Origin: a virus
Lineage: Duplodnaviria > Caudoviricetes
Strand: one strand, 5' to 3'
IMG/VR virus record: IMGVR_UViG_3300028603_000034
Span: 11,147-75,146 of that record
Length of the DNA: 64,000 nucleotides
In this document: positions 58,621-64,000 of the stretch, in pieces
Layout: every line of letters begins with the position of its first letter
Numbering within the stretch: position 1 is the stretch's first letter
The notes under the pieces: generated by a model
What the model saw: the letters and a program-made list of their open reading frames with translations, nothing else
What the model was told of the DNA's origin: nothing
The model's database searches: none
Position numbers and translations under genes: made by a program

Positions 58621-60591
58621 TTAATTTAATCTACTTAAATTAGGTGTTACTATATGTGTATCTTGTCTTCCATTTGGTAACGCATCCCTAAAAGATTTTC
58701 CTATTGCAAGTGCTAATTTTTCTATATCTTTTTCTGATAATATTACATTAACAGGAGTTTTAACATTAACCCTATCTGGAATATCGACATTAGGAAGATT
58801 ATTAAAATCATCTCCACCAATTTCATTTCTTGTTTTTATATGATGTTCTCCACCTGCCATTATACCAAGTCTATATTCTTGACCTGGGGCACTTAATGTA
58901 TTTCTAGCAGTACCATAATGTTCCCGGCCGGGATATGGTTCAATATGCCAAGGTTCATCTTTAGGGCCATCATATTCAGATGCCCATTTAATTAATGGTC
59001 TATGAAAACCCCATCTTTCCATTAATCCCATTCTCTCTAATTGATTTGCGTGAGCTGATTGAATATCTATTGCAAATCCAGCACCGTGAGCCCCTGTTTT
59101 ACCTGGTCTATATGCAGAATTAACTTGAATAGGATTACCTGTTCTTCTATGATACTCTTTACTCATTCCTAAAAAATTATGTAATACATCATGATTCAAG
59201 CCATCCATATTAGGAGTTGTACCATATCCTAAATACTTCACAACAGAACCATCAGACTTATTATAGGTTTTATGTGTCTTGCCACCGAACATTCTCCTAA
59301 CAGTATTTATTCCTCTTGATATTAATGTCTCTCCAGAATCTTCACCATCCGATCTTTCTAATTTAATTGAACGATCTCCTGATTTACCAAAAGCGTATGA
59401 ACCTTGTGATGTTACCGTCATTACCTGTGGTGAATCACCACCCATTTGAACTTCTCGTACTAATGTCATCATTTGATCTTGATCTATTTCACCACGATCT
59501 CTACGAGACATTAATTCTCTTATTTTTTGAGATTTTAAGTTTTCTTGTCTTGTTAATTCTTCCTCTTCTTTTCTTATTCTTTCCTGTTTTTTCCCCCCAA
59601 GACCTCTATATAACAATTCGTTTGCAATTAAACCGCCACCAATACCAATTGTTACTGGACCCGCCAAAGCAGCAGCAGTTTTCACTATAGCTGGTGCAGC
59701 TTTCGCTACAATAGGAGCAGCTTTTTTCGCTACAATAGGAGTAGCTTTTGCCAATATACCCGGTCCTTTTAAAAATACTAACATAGTACCTAATACTTTA
59801 GCAATCGTCCATTTATTTTCCCATATTGCTTCACCAATACCTTTTAATATTTTTCCACCAATTTCATATATCTTATCTTTATTGTCATCAAACCAACCAG
59901 ATAAGAATCCCCAAGCTTTAGACATACCCTCAACAAGACCTGATCTTAGTTTTGTAATAAATTCACCTTTACCAAATAACATATATCCAACAAGACCACC
60001 AATTGCTAAGGTTTTTAATCCTGCAATCATCGGACCAAAAATCCATCCAAACATTCCTTTCATCATACCACCCATACCTTTTTTAGTCTCTTCGTGATGT
60101 TCTTTATCTTGTTCTTTTTGTTTTTTTATCATTTCGGGTATAGAATAAATAGCATTTTTATATTTTTTCTTATCATCTTGTCTTTCAAAAAAAGGAATAT
60201 CTTTAGATAATGTAGGAGTTTTATAATGTGTTCCTATTATTTTTTTTGATAAATCAACTAATATTTTAGATTGAGTTTCTAATGTTTTTAATGATTGTAC
60301 ATTTATTTTATTGGTATGTTCTAATACTTTATATATTTCTTTATTTTCTTTTAATAAAACTTCCGATACTTTTAATTGATTTTGTAATATCGAATTAGTA
60401 TTAGTAAAAATCTTATTAAGACTATCTAATTTTTTTAATCCTTCTACTCCAATTTTATCAGAAGTCTTAGTTATGTTTTTAAACACACCACCAAGACTTC
60501 TAGATAATAAATCATTATTAGATTTAGCAAACATCGAGACTTTATTCTGATTTAAAAAATCATTATTTCTTCTTGGCATCTCAAACGGCAT
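58621..60591 (-). CDS. Tape-measure/hub-like protein with C-terminal M15 peptidase domain
   Basis: Coiled N-terminus and hydrophobic Gly/Ala middle; QVNSAYR...HGAGFAIDI...EPWHIE. Confidence 0.75.
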   Translation of the reverse strand: MPFEMPRRNNDFLNQNKVSMFAKSNNDLLSRSLGGVFKNITKTSDKIGVEGLKKLDSLNKIFTNTNSILQNQLKVSEVLLKENKEIYKVLEHTNKINVQSLKTLETQSKILVDLSKKIIGTHYKTPTLSKDIPFFERQDDKKKYKNAIYSIPEMIKKQKEQDKEHHEETKKGMGGMMKGMFGWIFGPMIAGLKTLAIGGLVGYMLFGKGEFITKLRSGLVEGMSKAWGFLSGWFDDNKDKIYEIGGKILKGIGEAIWENKWTIAKVLGTMLVFLKGPGILAKATPIVAKKAAPIVAKAAPAIVKTAAALAGPVTIGIGGGLIANELLYRGLGGKKQERIRKEEEELTRQENLKSQKIRELMSRRDRGEIDQDQMMTLVREVQMGGDSPQVMTVTSQGSYAFGKSGDRSIKLERSDGEDSGETLISRGINTVRRMFGGKTHKTYNKSDGSVVKYLGYGTTPNMDGLNHDVLHNFLGMSKEYHRRTGNPIQVNSAYRPGKTGAHGAGFAIDIQSAHANQLERMGLMERWGFHRPLIKWASEYDGPKDEPWHIEPYPGREHYGTARNTLSAPGQEYRLGIMAGGEHHIKTRNEIGGDDFNNLPNVDIPDRVNVKTPVNVILSEKDIEKLALAIGKSFRDALPNGRQDTHIVTPNLSRLN

Positions 60592-60596
60592 TAATA

Positions 60597-60884
60597 CTAT
60601 CCTCTGTTTTGCATTTTATTAAATAATCCTGGTTGTAAGTTATTTAATGAAAATTCTCCACTTGATTCTGATTGTCTATTATTTTCTGTTTTTATTTCTT
60701 CTGCTAATCTTTCATAAATCCATACTAATTCATAAAATTCCTTATTGTTATAATCAAATGGAATATTCATTTTATAACTTATACTGAATTCAATTTCTAA
60801 TAAATCATTAAGAGACAAATTTGGGAATAAAGAAGTCGCTGTGAAACGTAATCCCAATATGGGATTCACCTCCACATTTCTCAC
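60597..60884 (-). CDS. Small tail-assembly protein overlapping the gp26-like gene in the +1 frame
   Basis: ORF track; EFYELVWIYERL; no clear RBS or start. Confidence 0.55.
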   Translation of the reverse strand: MRNVEVNPILGLRFTATSLFPNLSLNDLLEIEFSISYKMNIPFDYNNKEFYELVWIYERLAEEIKTENNRQSESSGEFSLNNLQPGLFNKMQNRG

Positions 60885-61659
60885 ACTTTACATTTAACCA
60901 AGGCTCAAGTCCCATAGAATTATCAGATATAATTGTTGATAATTGTGAAAAATCTCCTGGATCAAGGTCTAACACATATGAATATTTGCTTAATAAATCT
61001 TTAGATTCTCCATTTATTGTATCAATCATCATAGACAATCCCAATAATTCTGCGTCAACTTCCATAGTATTTTTATTCTGTTCTACAAATTTAGACATAT
61101 ATCGTTCATCACTAATTGTTAAAAATCTCAACAATATTTTATCATTGGATTGTTTCAATATAATTTCTTTATTTGGATCATAGCCATCATCAATATAATT
61201 AATATCTAAATTATCCAATTCAAAATGATACGTAGATTCTTCTTTACATTTCTCACACACAAAACCAACCTTATAAGAACTATCTCTATATGAATTTGCT
61301 CTTAACCAAAAAACAATAAACAACTTATCAGCAAGAAGTAAATCATCAACATTAATACCAATAACAGTTCTTCTTAAAATATCATTAACTACATCATCGG
61401 CATTATCCTCTGTTATTGATGATAATTTCTTAACCTCTATTACTTTTAAAGGTCTTGCTTTTATTTCAACATCATTTGGATAAAATTTTCCTTTAGATGG
61501 TAAACCTTTTATAGTATGATAATTCCCATCTAATTGTTGAATTTCATTATTTTTTGTTTTTGTTTCTTTTACTTCTCTAACAACATTACTAGCTTGTTTC
61601 TTTTGTGTTTTTGGGGATGTATCTACATCTTCCATTTTCATAAATTTACCTCCATTCAA
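60808..61659 (-). CDS. gp26: Baseplate hub assembly protein (T4 gp26-like)
   Basis: LPSKGKFY, RPLKVIEVK, LRANSY, CEKC, LRFLTISDE, CEKCG...FF; TATAAATA at 61685-61692. Confidence 0.8.
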   Translation of the reverse strand: MNGGKFMKMEDVDTSPKTQKKQASNVVREVKETKTKNNEIQQLDGNYHTIKGLPSKGKFYPNDVEIKARPLKVIEVKKLSSITEDNADDVVNDILRRTVIGINVDDLLLADKLFIVFWLRANSYRDSSYKVGFVCEKCKEESTYHFELDNLDINYIDDGYDPNKEIILKQSNDKILLRFLTISDERYMSKFVEQNKNTMEVDAELLGLSMMIDTINGESKDLLSKYSYVLDLDPGDFSQLSTIISDNSMGLEPWLNVKCEKCGGESHIGITFHSDFFIPKFVS

Positions 61660-61696
61660 AAATAAACATACTTATTATATTTTTTATTTATATAAA

Positions 61697-62386
61697 TCAC
61701 AAACCAGTCAATGGAGCTATTGATCCTTTTGCAATATCAATTGTATTATTAATTCCATTTAATCTCTGATCTGATGGTTCTGCTATTGGTATATATTCCA
61801 TTATCTCACTTCCAAAAGTTACAGTATATCTACTAGATTCGTTTGCAGAATAACTTAATTGAACATCTGAAGCACTAATATAAAAAACCTCAGGAAACTT
61901 CCATTGGCATACTTCCCTATCCTCATAATTTCGTAATGTAACAACAATATTTCCAAGTTTTGTTCTTCTTGGAACTTTATGATATCCATTCTGATTAACA
62001 ATTCTTCCTTGCATTTCATTAATCCAACGCAAAATATTACCAGTTCTATCATCTTCAAATACTATTGGTATTTGGAATCCATTATCATTATCAATAACAG
62101 GAAATTGTCTTGGTACTGGACCAAACATTGTTGTTATTGTTTTAGTCTTATACTGTGGTATAGTAATATCTACTATATGATGATCAAATATTATATCTCT
62201 TGTATTAAATGTAAATAAAACATTAAAATTCCATTTGGGTAAATATGATTTTCTACTAAAAAATTGTCTCATTGTTTTATTTGTTAATGGATTTGTTGAT
62301 TTTAAATTAGCAGACAATCCTTTTAAATTTTTATCAAAAGCATTTCCTTGTGCCATTTGTTTTGCTAAATCAATTTTATTACTCAT
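61697..62386 (-). CDS. Tail-tube-fold protein (gp19/gp54-like paralog)
   Basis: DITIPQY, IVFEDD...RW, WKFPEVF, QLSYS, YTVTFG. Confidence 0.7.
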   Translation of the reverse strand: MSNKIDLAKQMAQGNAFDKNLKGLSANLKSTNPLTNKTMRQFFSRKSYLPKWNFNVLFTFNTRDIIFDHHIVDITIPQYKTKTITTMFGPVPRQFPVIDNDNGFQIPIVFEDDRTGNILRWINEMQGRIVNQNGYHKVPRRTKLGNIVVTLRNYEDREVCQWKFPEVFYISASDVQLSYSANESSRYTVTFGSEIMEYIPIAEPSDQRLNGINNTIDIAKGSIAPLTGL

Positions 62387-62387
62387 T

Positions 62388-62975
62388 TTATACTCCTACT
62401 ATATCAGGATTAAGAATCCAATAATCATACTGAAATGTTACAGTATATTTTATTGAATCACTTGAAGTATAATCCAAAGAAACTTCCGATACTGTTTGTG
62501 GCCAAGCATTAACGAAAACAATATTTCTTTTTAAATTATCTCCTTTATAATCATACATACTAAGAACCATATTAGTAGATAGATTATGTTTTCTCGATCC
62601 ATCTCCAATTCCTATATCAGCACCTAATCTAATAGACATTGGATTTACTTTAAATATTCTTTCCTGCCATTCGTAAAAACATTTAGCAATTATTTGATCT
62701 TCTGTTTCTTCAAACATAGCAGTAATAGTACCACCAACTTCTGGTCTACCAGGAAACCATTGTTTCATACCTAAAAATTCACACATTACTGGTGAATTTT
62801 GTCTTTGTGGAATAGATATAGTCTTACATCTAATAATTAGGTCTTCCACCAAACTACTTTTTAATGATGCCGTTGGTGCCATTAATCTAATTAAAGGTAT
62901 TTTCAAGTTCCACATCCAAGTTCTTTGAACATCGGGAGTAGATTTCATTCTACCTTCAATAGTAAAATTAGACAT
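62388..62975 (-). CDS. gp19: Tail tube protein (T4 gp19-like), copy B
   Basis: CKTISIP, FPGRPEVGGTITAMFEET, NAWPQTVSEVSLDY, YTVTFQYDYW. Confidence 0.88.
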   Translation of the reverse strand: MSNFTIEGRMKSTPDVQRTWMWNLKIPLIRLMAPTASLKSSLVEDLIIRCKTISIPQRQNSPVMCEFLGMKQWFPGRPEVGGTITAMFEETEDQIIAKCFYEWQERIFKVNPMSIRLGADIGIGDGSRKHNLSTNMVLSMYDYKGDNLKRNIVFVNAWPQTVSEVSLDYTSSDSIKYTVTFQYDYWILNPDIVGV

Positions 62976-62996
62976 TATTTTCTCCGTAAAAATTAA

Positions 62997-63557
62997 TTAT
63001 TGCAATTTCCAAAAATCATATTGGAAAGTAACCGAATATTTTACAGAATCAGATGTAGTATAATCTAATGATACATCAGCTACATTTTGAACCCAAGAAT
63101 TATAAAATATTATATCTTTTGGTAAATCATCACCTTTATAATCATACATACTAAGAGTCATATTAGTAGATAATGATCTTTTTGATGCACTACCATTAAC
63201 ACCAAGAGATTTACCACCTGTCTCAGCTGTTGGATTAATAGAAAATATTCTTTCTTGCCATTCATACAACGTCTGAGCAATTTTCATATCGTCTGTTTCT
63301 TCAAAAGTTACAGTAAGAGTACCAGGAAATTCAGGTCTACCTGGGAACCATTGTCTAGTACCCATCCAATCTGATACTATGGCAGTATTTGTTCTAGATG
63401 GAATTGAAATACTTCTACATCTAATAATTAAGTCTTCCATTTTAGTTGCTGTGTCTGGTGCGAAAGTAGTAATGTTAGGAATTTTTAAATTCCACATCCA
63501 TACTCTTTGCACGTCAGGCATAGATTTCATTCTACCCTCAATAGTAAAATTAGACAT
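62997..63557 (-). CDS. gp19: Tail tube protein (T4 gp19-like), copy A
   Basis: CRSISIP, FPGRPEFPGTLTVTFEET, VSLDY, YSVTFQYDFW. Confidence 0.88.
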   Translation of the reverse strand: MSNFTIEGRMKSMPDVQRVWMWNLKIPNITTFAPDTATKMEDLIIRCRSISIPSRTNTAIVSDWMGTRQWFPGRPEFPGTLTVTFEETDDMKIAQTLYEWQERIFSINPTAETGGKSLGVNGSASKRSLSTNMTLSMYDYKGDDLPKDIIFYNSWVQNVADVSLDYTTSDSVKYSVTFQYDFWKLQ

Positions 63558-64000
63558 TATTATTCTCCTTTTTATATTTTAAAGATCCAGAATCATATAT
63601 TCTGTTATAACCTCTATCAAACATTATTTCTCTTTCAGTTTTATTTGAATCAAAACCCTCTTTAACTAATACATCTTTCCTATATTTAAATCTATTTTCT
63701 CTTATATTATGTTTAACATAATAATAATTTGGAACTGTCTCTCCAACAAAATCAAATCCTAATTTATTATATACAGATTCGTCATTATTCATCGTCCAAC
63801 TTCTATCCGCATAACTTAAGACTTCTTCTGGATTATACTTATTTATAAAGTATTTATATAATTTATTTGCCCCTCCAATTACATTTGTATTTATTTTATT
63901 ACAGAATCTTAACAATTCGTAAGAATTTTCTTTTGATGTAGAACCCAAATTCTTTCTTAAATTCCCAAATGTCATTAAAGATACTAATTCTTCTTTGTAA
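63550..64000 (-). CDS. C-terminal part of a homing-endonuclease-associated protein (open to window edge)
   Basis: Frame is open upstream of the track start (YKEELVSLMTFG); ELLRFCNK...VIGGANKL...SYADR...IYDSG is typical of mobile nuclease-like genes in large phages. Confidence 0.6.
   Translation of the reverse strand, partial: YKEELVSLMTFGNLRKNLGSTSKENSYELLRFCNKINTNVIGGANKLYKYFINKYNPEEVLSYADRSWTMNNDESVYNKLGFDFVGETVPNYYYVKHNIRENRFKYRKDVLVKEGFDSNKTEREIMFDRGYNRIYDSGSLKYKKENNNV

Noticed and set aside
314-63582. Numerous other plus-strand track ORFs (for example 535-1014, 2234-2536, 10684-11354, 17583-17915, 26042-26326, 47707-48060, 59367-59690)
   Set aside because: They overlap well-supported minus-strand genes and have shadow-like composition; only 1136-1423 and 14055-14651 have motifs and RBSs.
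63840-63858. TATAAATA matches inside coding sequence
   Set aside because: An all-AT octamer is expected many times by chance in this composition; only copies just upstream of gene starts were kept.
1-64000. Alternative genetic code (TAG or TGA recoding) as seen in some huge phages
   Set aside because: Long intact ORFs under the standard code; TAG and TGA end genes at sensible boundaries; the single internal stop seen is TAA.

Overview
This window is a 64 kb, very AT-rich segment of a large T4-superfamily myophage (jumbo/huge-phage type). Almost all real genes lie on the minus strand in the standard genetic code; most long plus-strand ORFs in the track are antisense shadows. It has three zones. 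(1) About 1-23 kb is an accessory/early region with sigma70-type promoters TTGACT-N17-TATATT. It carries NAD salvage genes pncA/pncB, a GH19 endolysin, ThyX-like, YqeY, GNAT, two radical SAM proteins (one RlmN-like), ATP-dependent DNA ligase, DUF932, two nucleotidyltransferases, a DNA methyltransferase, a patatin, homing endonucleases, and many small or decaying genes. (2) About 23-34.8 kb is a block of genes sharing an N-terminal M-x-F-x-x-Y-x-x-x-E motif resembling the T4 capsid-targeting sequence. A glycosyltransferase cluster interrupts it and regA follows it. (3) About 35-64 kb is the tail/baseplate module (gp3-, gp6-, gp25-, gp5-, gp27-, gp53-, gp26-, gp19-like genes and fibres) with TATAAATA late promoters and a second glycosyltransferase/radical SAM insert. 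The most striking signal is a 254-bp unit with integron gene cassette architecture (4202-4455) inserted precisely at a G|TT core inside a phage gene; the two halves of that gene rejoin in frame when the unit is removed. A second, more degraded cassette-like GNAT unit lies 600 bp away. No tRNA, rRNA or CRISPR array was seen. All family assignments are from motif recognition only; no database searches were run.
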